A stretch of 64,000 bases of DNA from Desulfurococcaceae archaeon (GCA_038889555.1 JAWAHD010000001.1:1016-65015); one strand, 5' to 3'; positions 34,353-44,572 are shown, counted from the stretch's first letter. A program made the numbers and translations. Notes: generated by a model from the letters alone, not told the origin.

Positions 34353-36176
34353 TTGAAATTGCTCTTAATACACGCGAAAAGATTCACCTACGAACCCGTA
34401 GAACCAGCTGTAAAGGAGCATGAACAGATTCAAGCGGGTTTTAAGAAGGACTTTGAGAACACTCTAGTTGTGTTCACCACAGTTGAGAACTCCGATGACG
34501 AGGGTGTTGTAGCTGAAGCAGTTCAAAGCATTAACGAAGTTGTACTACAGGTTAAGCCACTAGAGGTCCTGATATATCCTTACGCTCACCTCTCTTCAGA
34601 TCTAGCTCCTCCAAGCAAAGCGCAGGATATACTCAGTAAACTCTACATGGAGGCAAGTAAAACTCTTAATGTACCTGTGCACAAAGCTCCCTTTGGCTGG
34701 TACAAGGCTTTCAAATTGGATTGCTTTGGGCACCCTCTCAGCGAACTATCGAGAACCATAACTAGGAAGGCTGTAACTCAGCGGCCTAAAATAGAGAAGA
34801 AGTTCTATATCATGACCCCCGATGGAGTGCTTCATGACCCTGGAAGTTTTGACTACACTAACTACCCTGAGCTAAAGATACTTGTTGATAAAGAAGTCTA
34901 CGGGGTTGAACTAGAGGGAGGTGAAAACAGGGTAAACGACTACTGCAGGAAGTTTGGATTCGAATGGGAGTTCATGGGAGACCACGGCCACATGAGGTAT
35001 GGTCCATACGCTACGTCGGTTATAGAAGCTGTCATGAGGTACTCGTGGAAGGTCGTTCAGAGTCTAGGTATACCTGTCTACAAGGTTATGGGTACAAACA
35101 TGTTCAACTTAAAGGAAAAGCCTGTATACGAGCACGCGCTTCTATTCGGAGATAGACTCTACGAAGTTGAGGTTGACAACGAGCGTTACGTTTTAAGGTA
35201 CGCGGCGTGTCACCAGCAGTTCGCTATGATCAAGGACTGGGTTATAAGCTATAAGGACCTCCCGTTGGGCGTGTTCGAGGTGGCTGATAGTTACAGACTT
35301 GAACAGCGCGGAGAACTTGCGCTTTGCTTTAGACTTAGAAAGTTTTACATGCCTGACCTTCACATACTAACCAAAAACATAGATGAGGCTGTTAAGGTTG
35401 CAAAGGTAATTCAGCAGAAAATACACGAAGAGGCTCAAAAGGTGGGTAGACGCTACGTAGCTCTCTACAATGTTACAGAAGACTTCCTATTAAACTTCAA
35501 GGACTATTTACTTGAGTTCGTTAAGGGTGAGAATGCACCGGTATTACTTGCCGTTATACCGGCGGGTGTATACTACTGGGTCATAAACGTTGAGTACCAT
35601 ATTATTGATAATCTCAAAAGGCCTAGAGAAATAGCTACGTTTCAAATAGATGTGGGTAACAGTAGGAGATTTGGAATAACCTATGTCGACGAGAACAACG
35701 AGAAGCGTTACCCCATAATAATACATACAGCGATTATAGGTAGTGTTGAGAGATACATATACATGGTCCTAGATACAGCTGCTCTCATGGAGAAAGAAGG
35801 TAAAACACCCTATATACCAACTTGGCTCGCACCGGTGCAGGTCCGCGTGATACCTGTTTCGGAAGAGTTTTTAGAATACGCTGAAACGGTTGCAAAACAG
35901 CTCCGTAATAGAGGTATTAGAGTTGAATTGGATGACAGAGACTTAACTCTTGGGAAGAAGATACGGGATGCTGGAACAAGCTGGATACCGTACATTGTTG
36001 TAGTAGGCAAGAGAGAATTAGAGACTCAAACAATTAACGTTAAAGTGCGGAGAACTAATGACCAGCACTTAATGAAGGTAGAAGAGCTAGTTGAGTACAT
36101 ATACTCAGAAGTAAAAGACTACGTACAGGTAGAACAGACTGTACCTATGTACCTCAGCAGAAGACCGTCATTTTAG
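34353..36176 (+). CDS. thrS: threonyl-tRNA synthetase (archaeal type with N-terminal editing domain)
   Basis: 607 aa. An archaeal-type N-terminal domain (MKLLLIHAKRFTYEP), class II core (RYAACHQQF, LRKFYMPDLH) and a C-terminal anticodon-binding domain. TTG start. Confidence 0.88.
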   Translation: MKLLLIHAKRFTYEPVEPAVKEHEQIQAGFKKDFENTLVVFTTVENSDDEGVVAEAVQSINEVVLQVKPLEVLIYPYAHLSSDLAPPSKAQDILSKLYMEASKTLNVPVHKAPFGWYKAFKLDCFGHPLSELSRTITRKAVTQRPKIEKKFYIMTPDGVLHDPGSFDYTNYPELKILVDKEVYGVELEGGENRVNDYCRKFGFEWEFMGDHGHMRYGPYATSVIEAVMRYSWKVVQSLGIPVYKVMGTNMFNLKEKPVYEHALLFGDRLYEVEVDNERYVLRYAACHQQFAMIKDWVISYKDLPLGVFEVADSYRLEQRGELALCFRLRKFYMPDLHILTKNIDEAVKVAKVIQQKIHEEAQKVGRRYVALYNVTEDFLLNFKDYLLEFVKGENAPVLLAVIPAGVYYWVINVEYHIIDNLKRPREIATFQIDVGNSRRFGITYVDENNEKRYPIIIHTAIIGSVERYIYMVLDTAALMEKEGKTPYIPTWLAPVQVRVIPVSEEFLEYAETVAKQLRNRGIRVELDDRDLTLGKKIRDAGTSWIPYIVVVGKRELETQTINVKVRRTNDQHLMKVEELVEYIYSEVKDYVQVEQTVPMYLSRRPSF

Positions 36177-36212
36177 AGGCAAAGTTCACTTCAAAGTCAC
36201 CAGGTTTTAGAA

Positions 36213-36863
36213 ATGCCGACCAACACGATGGAGGACCCAGGTAGTAGAAAGACTAGAATGAAGTTCCTTGGAAGACACATAATGCTGAGAGGAATTTACG
36301 CAGATAAACTGCTGAGAGGTGAGAAAAGAGCAACTATAAGGAGAGGATTAGTAAAACCAAAGTACGATGAGCTAATAGTTCACGCCGGGGGTAAACCTGT
36401 TGCTAAGGTGAAGATTACTAGGGTGTACTACAAGAAGCTCAAAGAACTAGGTGACTACGAAGCAAAGTTGGAAGGCTACGATAGAGCCGATTACCTGATC
36501 AGAGAGCTGAAGCGAGTGTATAGAGGACTCAAGGACGATGATTATGTTACAGTTATTGAGTTCGAGGTTGTTCAGAGACTCGATCAGTTAGAACCAGAAG
36601 ACCCCTACTTAGGTTTGAAGCCTGCAGACATAGCTCGAATAGCCTTAAGATACTTGCAAAACGAGCTTACCCCTTTTGAGAGAGAAGTTCTGCTGTATTT
36701 GACAAGAACAAATAGCATTAGGAGAACAGCGCTAAGGATTTTGAAAAACTTAAATAAACGTTACATAGTAAGAGGAATACTGAGAAAAACACTTAAACTT
36801 CTGATCAGCAAAAACCTAATTAGCATCAATGAAGCAAGCAAAGGTACTCAAATTGGTGATTGA
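36213..36863 (+). CDS. ASCH-domain protein with C-terminal helical (wHTH-like) region
   Basis: ASCH GxKxxExR-type motif RGEKRATIRRG. The start is possibly the ATG at 36258 (MKFLGRHIML). Confidence 0.55.
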   Translation: MPTNTMEDPGSRKTRMKFLGRHIMLRGIYADKLLRGEKRATIRRGLVKPKYDELIVHAGGKPVAKVKITRVYYKKLKELGDYEAKLEGYDRADYLIRELKRVYRGLKDDDYVTVIEFEVVQRLDQLEPEDPYLGLKPADIARIALRYLQNELTPFEREVLLYLTRTNSIRRTALRILKNLNKRYIVRGILRKTLKLLISKNLISINEASKGTQIGD

Positions 36864-37019
36864 ATGGGTTACTGGGTTTTAAAGTGCAGAGAGTGTAAAA
36901 GAGAGTGGAGACTACTCGTCAGCTTTCCGCTCGATAGGGAATTCACCAAGCTGTACCACTATTGTCCATACTGTGCTAAGAACACCTTTCACGATATAGT
37001 TGAATATAAGGAAGAGTAA
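36864..37019 (+). CDS. 51-aa zinc-ribbon micro-protein
   Basis: Not in the ORF track. The ATG immediately follows the upstream TGA. Reads MGYWVLKCRECKREWRLLVSFPLDREFTKLYHYCPYCAKNTFHDIVEYKEE, with CxxC...CxxC. Confidence 0.4.
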   Translation: MGYWVLKCRECKREWRLLVSFPLDREFTKLYHYCPYCAKNTFHDIVEYKEE

Positions 37020-37049
37020 TAACACGTATACCAAGGTCCCGAGAGCCCG

Positions 37050-37098
37050 GATGATGAATCCCCATTTACGGAAACATGAAGAAACCTGTCTCAGCTGA
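37050..37098 (+). ncRNA. C/D-box sRNA candidate 3
   Basis: G-AUGAUGA(C)-AUCCCCAUUUA-CGGA(D')-AAC-AUGAAGA(C')-AACCUGUCUCAG-CUGA(D). The D guide is complementary over 11 nt to the conserved LSU rRNA segment UGAGACAGGUU (recalled from GUCGUGAGACAGGUU). Sits in a convergent gap. Confidence 0.6.
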
Positions 37099-37101
37099 GG
37101 A

Positions 37102-38406
37102 TTACTCTATATAATCTCCTGTGCTGATCTTGTGGGGTATGTATTCATCGGCAAGGAACTTTAAACCTTTACCAGCTAATGCTTCTATCTCCACCTTGCT
37201 CAGAGTATTAAAGAACACGCAAAGCTCTCTGATCCACGTTGGTGTTGAAAACCATGGATAACCACTAATACCTTCTTTTTTCTTGATCTTCGTTTTTACC
37301 TCGGAGCTTTCTATACAAAGATCAGCTATCTTGTAACCAGCAAGTTCAACAGCTCTTTCTACATCTTTAGTTTTTGCTCTGATAATGAAGTTTCTTCTCT
37401 CGGATTCGCTTAGGTATGGTTTCTTCCGTGGAAGGTTAAGTATGCCGGGTGCGATTTCCTCTAGGGCGTTCTTTACGCGATGATCGCTTGCTAGTTTTCT
37501 AAAGACTTCATCGCCGAAGATGTCTGTCATGGCCACTCCTATGAACTTTGCACTAGGCACAGCGAGTCTTTCGCTTTCGTATGAAAGTGTAATACTTCCC
37601 ACTTTGAATACACTGTATATGTAGAATCCGTAAGGGTCGCTATCCGTTAGAATATATACTGGTAACTTGAACTCTTCGTTCAGTCTTCTCACAAATCTTC
37701 TAGTTGCTCTATCAGGTTGACCTGCACTAGTTACAAGTATGGCTTTATGCTTTCTCCAGAATCCATACCTGTGTAACTGTTGAAAAACAGCGTCCTTCTC
37801 AACGACAAGAACGTACTCAGCGTCAATGTCTACAAAATCTATTAAGTCCGGGGTAGGTTCAATGGCGTACGCTCCATGGCCCATTTTGCTGAGGTCTATG
37901 GTATCATCGCCACTCTTAATGATAAGGTTTCCAACAACCTTCCCTTTCTCCTTGCTCAGTATCAGCAAGTCTTCTCTAAGTACGTTCAAGTACACTTCCA
38001 GGTCTCTTATGACGCTATCAGACTCGTTTTGTTCATCCCACGTGTTCTCGTGAGATCTCTTTCCATCGATCGTTGTGTAGCTTATAGTGTGCTTACCTCT
38101 GTAGTAAAGATCACGTATTGTTGGATACTCGTTGTTCGTGAGAGCTTCGTATATAATGGAGGCCATTAGAACAGTCTGCATGAACTTCTTTGCTTCATTA
38201 ACGTTTAAAATACTTCTTCTCTGTGTATCGGGGCCGAGTAGTAAAATCTTGTTCCTGTAGTCGTATATCGTGTTTGAAAGCGTTCTTTTGGGTATTACCA
38301 GAATTGGTTTACCTCCTTCGACTACTTGATCAGCTAGTTTTTTAAACGACGCTCTTATGAGCTCCTTAGCCTTTTCTCTAGCTTTGACATCAATTCCTGA
38401 TACCAT
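37102..38406 (-). CDS. top6A: DNA topoisomerase VI subunit A (Spo11-like)
   Basis: Toprim region ILTDSDPYGFYIYSVFKVGS and a 5Y-CAP region with YYRGKH. Lies immediately downstream of top6B. Confidence 0.9.
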   Translation of the reverse strand: MVSGIDVKAREKAKELIRASFKKLADQVVEGGKPILVIPKRTLSNTIYDYRNKILLLGPDTQRRSILNVNEAKKFMQTVLMASIIYEALTNNEYPTIRDLYYRGKHTISYTTIDGKRSHENTWDEQNESDSVIRDLEVYLNVLREDLLILSKEKGKVVGNLIIKSGDDTIDLSKMGHGAYAIEPTPDLIDFVDIDAEYVLVVEKDAVFQQLHRYGFWRKHKAILVTSAGQPDRATRRFVRRLNEEFKLPVYILTDSDPYGFYIYSVFKVGSITLSYESERLAVPSAKFIGVAMTDIFGDEVFRKLASDHRVKNALEEIAPGILNLPRKKPYLSESERRNFIIRAKTKDVERAVELAGYKIADLCIESSEVKTKIKKKEGISGYPWFSTPTWIRELCVFFNTLSKVEIEALAGKGLKFLADEYIPHKISTGDYIE

Positions 38407-38415
38407 CCGTTCACC

Positions 38416-40017
38416 CTACGTTTCAATTTCAACAGACTTTACAACCCAGAGTATGAGGTCTCGCGAAATACCTGTTTTCTTCGAGATGATTTCTACTAGG
38501 TTTTCGACAAGCTTATTTCTGAGCTCGACGTTGATGTGTGGATTGCTACTACCTTGACCTAGTATAACTGTAAGGCTTCTAGCTACCTCCGGAATGTACT
38601 TTGCTATCATCTCCACCCTCTTCTTTGCTTCCTCTTCTCTGAGCTTTTTAGCCAAGTACAACCTTAACTTTCTCGCGACTTCCTGTATAGCGGTTCTTAT
38701 CTCTCTATGTAGCTCGGGTATATCAGCGATACTCTCTTTACCTACACCTTTGAACGGAACTTTGGTACTGCATACGTGAACCATGAGTACAACAGGAGCT
38801 GGGAACGTTACCAGGTAGTTTTGCCAGTCGACTTCGTCTTTAGCTACCTGCGTGATTACGTCAGATCCCTCGTCGTAGAGCAAAGGTATTTTGTTAGCGT
38901 ACCTTAGTATTAGAGGGTACTCTTCGCTAATCGGTACTCCACCTCCATAGGCTATTCCAGCTTCAACTATGAATGGGTGTCCACCATACGAGCTGGGTTT
39001 ACGGGTAACAGCCTCCGCAAACTCAGCGTCGAAGAAAATCTTTAATCCTGTTTTTATCACTTCTTCCCCGAGTGGTGATAGCGCCTTTGGTGAAGGAGGT
39101 TTATACTTGTTATAGGATTTAATAACATTAAGTAGTTTCAATAGTTCTTCCTGACTTAGCTCTTCTGGCTTTTTGCTGGGATCCAAGCCACTCAGTTCTA
39201 CTAATCGGCTCGCGGTGATTTTACCTACGCCCTGCAATCCGTTGATCAAGGCTTCATGTACGGTTGAGTAGCCTGATCTCATTATGCTAGCCAAGAGTTC
39301 GAGGTCTATACCCAGGGGATGAGGCTTTGTTTCAATAGGTGGTCTTGGAACCTTATTTATCGTTCTCGGATAGTACAGTGTTTCATCTTCTGGAGTTACA
39401 AGAACCATGCTGACGTAGGGTAATGCTATAGCTGTTCTTTGTACGTACTCTAAAATTCTCAGCTTAGCCCTATTCCAATCTCCCTCGATGGTTACAGAAA
39501 CGATGGTTCCGTGCCATTTCTTTGTTTTTCTCCAGCTACAGGCTTCGAGCACAACGGGCTCGTTCTTGCCTATATCTATTTTTAGTTTAAAGTAGTAAGT
39601 TCGTCTAAAGTCCCTCTTACTGGTTATCACCTCTACTGGCTGCCCAGTGGTCATCTGAGCGTAGAGAACCACCATTTTAATGCCTAAACCAAACATCCCG
39701 CGCGTTTGCCTCATAACATATTTACTACCGAACAGTACTCTACCAAAGGCGTTGGGTACAACATTTGGTGGAATACCAATACCATTGTCTTCAACGGTTA
39801 TTCTGTAGAAGTCATGGGATTCGTCAACCCTGGTGATATTGATTCTGACATCGGGGAGAATACCGTGAGCATCTGTAGCATCGAGAGCGTTTTCAACAAG
39901 TTCTCTTATCGTTTGATACATAGCTCTAGCCGGATTTGAAAAGCCGGCGATCTCTCTGTACTTGTAGAAGAACTCGGCTGGGCTTATTGCTTTATATGTC
40001 TCAGTTAAATCGCTCAT
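38416..40017 (-). CDS. top6B: DNA topoisomerase VI subunit B (GHKL ATPase)
   Basis: Bergerat-fold motifs ELVENALDA and DNGIGIP, plus GMFGLG. 533 aa. Confidence 0.92.
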   Translation of the reverse strand: MSDLTETYKAISPAEFFYKYREIAGFSNPARAMYQTIRELVENALDATDAHGILPDVRINITRVDESHDFYRITVEDNGIGIPPNVVPNAFGRVLFGSKYVMRQTRGMFGLGIKMVVLYAQMTTGQPVEVITSKRDFRRTYYFKLKIDIGKNEPVVLEACSWRKTKKWHGTIVSVTIEGDWNRAKLRILEYVQRTAIALPYVSMVLVTPEDETLYYPRTINKVPRPPIETKPHPLGIDLELLASIMRSGYSTVHEALINGLQGVGKITASRLVELSGLDPSKKPEELSQEELLKLLNVIKSYNKYKPPSPKALSPLGEEVIKTGLKIFFDAEFAEAVTRKPSSYGGHPFIVEAGIAYGGGVPISEEYPLILRYANKIPLLYDEGSDVITQVAKDEVDWQNYLVTFPAPVVLMVHVCSTKVPFKGVGKESIADIPELHREIRTAIQEVARKLRLYLAKKLREEEAKKRVEMIAKYIPEVARSLTVILGQGSSNPHINVELRNKLVENLVEIISKKTGISRDLILWVVKSVEIET

Positions 40018-40159
40018 ATAAACACCATACTGAATAAACTATCTTCACAGTTAGGTTATAAGCAACAAGAATACTATCGGTTAACTCTACCTAGTACACC
40101 TTATAACTTTTACCCGTGAACCCGCTTCAAAAACACCTATACTTTATTGGGATTCGTCC

Positions 40160-40552
40160 ATGAAGGGGGTTTCGGGAATAGTTGCAACGGGTATCTTACT
40201 AGCGTTAACAATAGCTGGCGGCGTACTCCTCTACTCGTACATTACCAGGTACTTAACAGTGTTCACTAACTCAGCGGATATTGTAATTACGAACGCGTAC
40301 TACGTTAAATCGCTGAACAAACTCTGCGTTACAGTAAGGAACGTAGGTTTAACTCCAACAACTGTGACAGGAGTTGAAGTCATATTAGCAAACAGAAGCA
40401 TTTCAGCTAGTAATCAAACATATGATATCCCAGCAGGTGGAGAAAGAACCATAGAAATAAACGTCGATCTCACAGAGGCCCCTCTCTACGTTATTGTGCG
40501 GTACGATAGAGACAAGCGAACGGATCCATACACGGTAAGGGTATTTGGCTGA
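40160..40552 (+). CDS. archaeal type IV pilin-like protein (class III signal peptide)
   Basis: MKG|VSGIVATGILLALTIAGGVLLYSYI. A short charged leader ends in KG and is followed by a hydrophobic helix (PibD-type site). First gene of the pilus-assembly cluster. Confidence 0.65.
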   Translation: MKGVSGIVATGILLALTIAGGVLLYSYITRYLTVFTNSADIVITNAYYVKSLNKLCVTVRNVGLTPTTVTGVEVILANRSISASNQTYDIPAGGERTIEINVDLTEAPLYVIVRYDRDKRTDPYTVRVFG

Positions 40553-40570
40553 TAAACACAGGTGTAATCA

Positions 40571-42073
40571 ATGAAGATCTCCAAAAGGTTTTCTTTTAGG
40601 TCTCCTTTTTCTTCTTTTAAATTTAGCTTATCCATTCCTTATGCAAGGAAGAACATTGATCCCACAACCTCGAACATTTTGAATATGTTGCTCGAGAACC
40701 AGCTCAAAGGTTACATTATTGAGAACGTAAGCCTGGACAGCATCCTATATACCTACAGTTTGCATAACGTTGTTGAAATCTCTGTTGGAGAACACGGTAA
40801 TGAAGTTTTTTACGTTGTTAAGGAGCCGATGTACGACAAGGAGGTTTTAGCTCAGGTTACACGAGAACTCTCCAGTAGAGTTTTCTCCGACGAACAGGTT
40901 ATTTCTAGCATAAAAACTATGCTCGAGAAGAAAGAGCTCAAACCCACCGACTACGTGTACTTCAAAGTAACAAGCGGTCTTGGTCCTCTCACACCTCTTG
41001 TTTTAGACCCTCATGTCGAGGATATTCATTTGAGTAAGTCTTCTGGCAGAATTTATGTTGTTCACAATTCTTTTTCTTGGATTGGCTGGTTGAAGACTAA
41101 CATAGTAGTTAAACCAGAGCTAGTAGATCAGCTGGTTCTCGCTCTATCTAGAAGAGCTGGAAAACACATATCACTTGTTCAACCACTCGTCGAGGGATCA
41201 CTAGAGGGTGTTTTGAGAGCTAGTTTGGTTTACAGTGGAAGCATAGCTCAGCTTGGTAGTAGCATAGTACTAAGGAAGAAAAGTGGAGCGACTCACACCA
41301 TTACAAAACTGATAAACGAGGGAACAATTTCGTCTGCGGTTGCAGCATACCTTTGGCTTGTGATAGAGAACAAGGGTTGGATCGTAATCGCAGGCCATGT
41401 TGGCTCTGGGAAAACCACCTTGCTTCAAGCATTACTGAGCCTTATACCAAGGAACAAGAAGATCATCACAATAGAAGACTCCCCTGAAGTCTACGTTCAA
41501 AGCGAACTATGGGACTCTTTCGTTGAAAACCACGAGGTTTTTTCGAGATTACCTCAAGTGGATGCTTTCGCGCTTCTCAAATTCGCTCTTCGTAGAAGAG
41601 CAGACTATATAGTTATTGGTGAAGTTAGAGGAGTTGAAGCGAGGTTATTGGTTCAAGCTTCGAGATTAGGACACGGTGTGCTGAATACCATACATGCTGA
41701 TGGTGCACAGTCTGTTCTTGAAAGACTCATGGCATCTCCAATATCAATTCCAAAGAACCTTCTGGGTAACATATGGACGATTGTGCTGACAGAACTTGTT
41801 GGTAAAACAAGAAAAGTGGTAAGTATTACAGAAGTAAACAGCGACGTAGAACTGGTAGAAATATGCAGTTCCTTTGTACCATGTAGCTTAGAGAATATTG
41901 CTCAGAGGTCTGTCAGGCTCGCTAAGATCTACAATAGTGAAGAACTGTACCAGGAACTTGCTCGTAGAGCGATCTTCCTAGAAAAACTAGTCTCCGAGGG
42001 TGTTTTCGCGCCAGAAGCACTGGCACGTAGGCTCTTCGAGTTTTACGCGGGAAGACACGTGGAGGTTGAATAG
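40571..42073 (+). CDS. type II/IV secretion-family assembly ATPase (PilB/FlaI/VirB11 superfamily)
   Basis: Walker A GHVGSGKTT, Walker B/Asp box ADYIVIGEVRGVEA, His box NTIHAD. Confidence 0.85.
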   Translation: MKISKRFSFRSPFSSFKFSLSIPYARKNIDPTTSNILNMLLENQLKGYIIENVSLDSILYTYSLHNVVEISVGEHGNEVFYVVKEPMYDKEVLAQVTRELSSRVFSDEQVISSIKTMLEKKELKPTDYVYFKVTSGLGPLTPLVLDPHVEDIHLSKSSGRIYVVHNSFSWIGWLKTNIVVKPELVDQLVLALSRRAGKHISLVQPLVEGSLEGVLRASLVYSGSIAQLGSSIVLRKKSGATHTITKLINEGTISSAVAAYLWLVIENKGWIVIAGHVGSGKTTLLQALLSLIPRNKKIITIEDSPEVYVQSELWDSFVENHEVFSRLPQVDAFALLKFALRRRADYIVIGEVRGVEARLLVQASRLGHGVLNTIHADGAQSVLERLMASPISIPKNLLGNIWTIVLTELVGKTRKVVSITEVNSDVELVEICSSFVPCSLENIAQRSVRLAKIYNSEELYQELARRAIFLEKLVSEGVFAPEALARRLFEFYAGRHVEVE

Positions 42074-43349
42074 CTTGTTGCTAAGAGTACTCGGTAAGAG
42101 GAGATTTCTACATAAATGCTACGATGACATGTTCCTCGACTTTCTAGTGCAACTAGCAAGCTTCGAGTCTAGTGGTTTAAAGATCTATCACTTATTCGAG
42201 AGCATTAGAAGAGGTGATATCGAGCTCGGTGAGTGCTATAGCGCTCTCTCGAACCAGTATACTGTACTAGAGAGTTCTCTAGGTGCACCTCACCTGGCTT
42301 TGAGAAAGATTGCTGAATCTGTACCTTCTTCAGAGCTCTCTAAATTTCTGAGAGATTACAGTACCGTGTTAGTTACTAGTGGTAATACGAAGTACTTCGT
42401 TGAATCTGTGCTTAAGCAGGAGTTTGCTAGGTTTAGGACAAAGGTTAATGAGCATCAGAGAGCACTAGATACGTTCTACGAAGCGTATCTAGTTGGGGTT
42501 CTAGTGCTGATGTTCCTCATGGTGCTACCCATATGGGGTTTGCTCCCGCTTCTTGGACTACTCGTAATCTATGCGCTGGGCATGACTGGGTATTTCTTCG
42601 CGTATAGACTATGCGTAAAGCTCCATTACACAATCCCTGGCTACGTAGTGTTCAGCGATATTCTCTTTTCAACGTTAGGAGTTGCTCTAGCCATGTCTTT
42701 CGAGGCGATGTTCCTACTACCTGCAATATTACTTGTTCTACACGCGACTACGAGAAAACACGTTGCTGTGAACAATATTCTCGAGCAGGAATCGTTCCGC
42801 GTAATCTACGATACTTACTCGCAGGTGTTAATGGGTAGACCAGTGAGTACAGCATTGCTGGAGTCCCTAGGTTCCTCTAGCTCGGCTCGGTACAGGTTAC
42901 TCTGGTTTAGTTTAATGCTGGGCGTTAACCCAAAGAAAGTTTTAAAGATGATTAAGCTTCCAAAACTAGCCTTCAAGGTACTTCTCTTCTCGCTTGCAAC
43001 TATGCTTTACAGCTCAGCTGAAGGTAAACACCTTGTCCACGCTGTTGATTACTTGGACGAAATTGCATCGGTGAGAAAACAGGTACGCGAGAAGACAAAG
43101 CAGTACGTTCTGTACTCCTTTGTAGTAATATTTCTTGTAGTAGTAGCCTACATTATGCTATTGAGAATACCACTAGCATCACCCTTAGACAAGCACGCGT
43201 TTTCAGCTTACAGTAGTATAGGTTTTCTAATGGTGATGCTGCCAGTGGTTCTAATCAGAGACGGAGGATTCGCTTCCTCGCGAAGCGCGATATTAGTAGT
43301 ATTCGCAGCGCTTACTTCGTATTTGGCGATGATGAACTTAGCTATTTAA
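42066..43349 (+). CDS. type IV pilus platform membrane protein (TadC/FlaJ/GspF-like)
   Basis: Polytopic membrane protein directly after the ATPase. The ORF-track start at 42000 overlaps the ATPase by 74 nt, so the in-frame TTG near 42066 is preferred (uncertain). Confidence 0.65.
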   Translation: MNSLLLRVLGKRRFLHKCYDDMFLDFLVQLASFESSGLKIYHLFESIRRGDIELGECYSALSNQYTVLESSLGAPHLALRKIAESVPSSELSKFLRDYSTVLVTSGNTKYFVESVLKQEFARFRTKVNEHQRALDTFYEAYLVGVLVLMFLMVLPIWGLLPLLGLLVIYALGMTGYFFAYRLCVKLHYTIPGYVVFSDILFSTLGVALAMSFEAMFLLPAILLVLHATTRKHVAVNNILEQESFRVIYDTYSQVLMGRPVSTALLESLGSSSSARYRLLWFSLMLGVNPKKVLKMIKLPKLAFKVLLFSLATMLYSSAEGKHLVHAVDYLDEIASVRKQVREKTKQYVLYSFVVIFLVVVAYIMLLRIPLASPLDKHAFSAYSSIGFLMVMLPVVLIRDGGFASSRSAILVVFAALTSYLAMMNLAI

Positions 43350-44325
43350 GCTCCTCAACTAGAATCTTTGCAATTGTTCTTGCAGCATTAGGGTAAATCC
43401 TAGTGGGTTTATGAGCGAGCTCCAAGGCTCTCTTTAGCTCCTCTACGCCCGGTCTCTCGATGAAAACTGCTTCTAGCTTCTCAGCGTAGATCTTTACATC
43501 ATTTTTCGGTGCACCGAGAACAACCCTGGGGTTCCACACCACTACGACCGGTTTCCCGTAAGCCAAGCTGGCGGTTGCAGCGGTAACTCCTTGCTGGGTA
43601 ATAACGATGCTTGCACCCGCGATCCACCTGTGTATATCACTAGTGTACCTGAAAACTTTCCACGAAGGGTTTCTCCTGAGGTAGGGCTCTGGATCCACAT
43701 CTCCTGTTTGTATGACAACGTTGTTTAGCTTTAGTTTCTCAATGGAGTCGAACAACTCCTTATACCCAATTGTTCCAGTCGTTACAAGCACATAGCCTTC
43801 GTCCCTGGGTTCGTAAACGGGAGGCTCGTAAACTGGACCAACTACAATCCCCCTTGGAAACATTCCCAGTTGTTCTTCCCAGTGCAGAAACACCTTTGCT
43901 CCAAAAAACTCGAGGAACTTAATGGCTCTCGAAGGCTTAGAAAAGTGCTCTATAGCTTCAATAGTGTACACTTTTGCTCTCCTGAGAACCGTGGCTACCA
44001 AGGATGGTGGAACAGAGAAATTAGAACCTCCAGCAAACACAACTTTAGTGTTCTCTTTCAATAGTAGTCGAAATGACTGATAAAACGCTTTCATCCACCT
44101 TCCTAGATCCTTTAACACTGGTTCACCAGGTCTTCGGGGTAGAACATGATAATATACTCTACCAAGGTCTTTGAACTTCTCAGCTAGGAAAGAATACTCC
44201 TCAGCTACAAGAAAAACATTGTTTTTGAATCCAACCTTGGAGAGCTCTAGCGCTACAGCGTAAACATAGCCGGAGTGACCACCATAACCGGCAACGAGTA
44301 AAATGTTGAGCGATTTAAGGCTCAT
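43342..44325 (-). CDS. MurG/Alg13-Alg14-like GT28 glycosyltransferase (Agl24-like candidate)
   Basis: N-terminal ILLVAGYGGHSGY (GGH motif, as in MurG GGTGGH). Two Rossmann-like halves, 327 aa. Confidence 0.55.
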   Translation of the reverse strand: MSLKSLNILLVAGYGGHSGYVYAVALELSKVGFKNNVFLVAEEYSFLAEKFKDLGRVYYHVLPRRPGEPVLKDLGRWMKAFYQSFRLLLKENTKVVFAGGSNFSVPPSLVATVLRRAKVYTIEAIEHFSKPSRAIKFLEFFGAKVFLHWEEQLGMFPRGIVVGPVYEPPVYEPRDEGYVLVTTGTIGYKELFDSIEKLKLNNVVIQTGDVDPEPYLRRNPSWKVFRYTSDIHRWIAGASIVITQQGVTAATASLAYGKPVVVVWNPRVVLGAPKNDVKIYAEKLEAVFIERPGVEELKRALELAHKPTRIYPNAARTIAKILVEELK

Positions 44326-44572
44326 GGCACTCCCGTTAGTAAGCTTTCAAGACTATTAGTAAAGCGTGAGTGCAATAATAATTTTTGGAATTCATCTACA
44401 TTTTAGCCACGTTCAGCGATCGAATCCGCAAGATCGGATGTCTCTACATACCCGGGCAGGGAGTTGATTTCGTGAACACATTTGAAGTTATATAAACTGT
44501 ACTTCTTATACAAGATCAAAGTCTTGTGGCATTGAATCATTAGTAGAACACGGAGTAATAGGTACGGGACCT

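Noticed and set aside
42000-42065. ORF-track start of the pilus platform protein at 42000.
   Set aside because: It would overlap the ATPase gene by 74 nt. An in-frame TTG near the ATPase stop gives the usual short overlap. The exact start remains uncertain.
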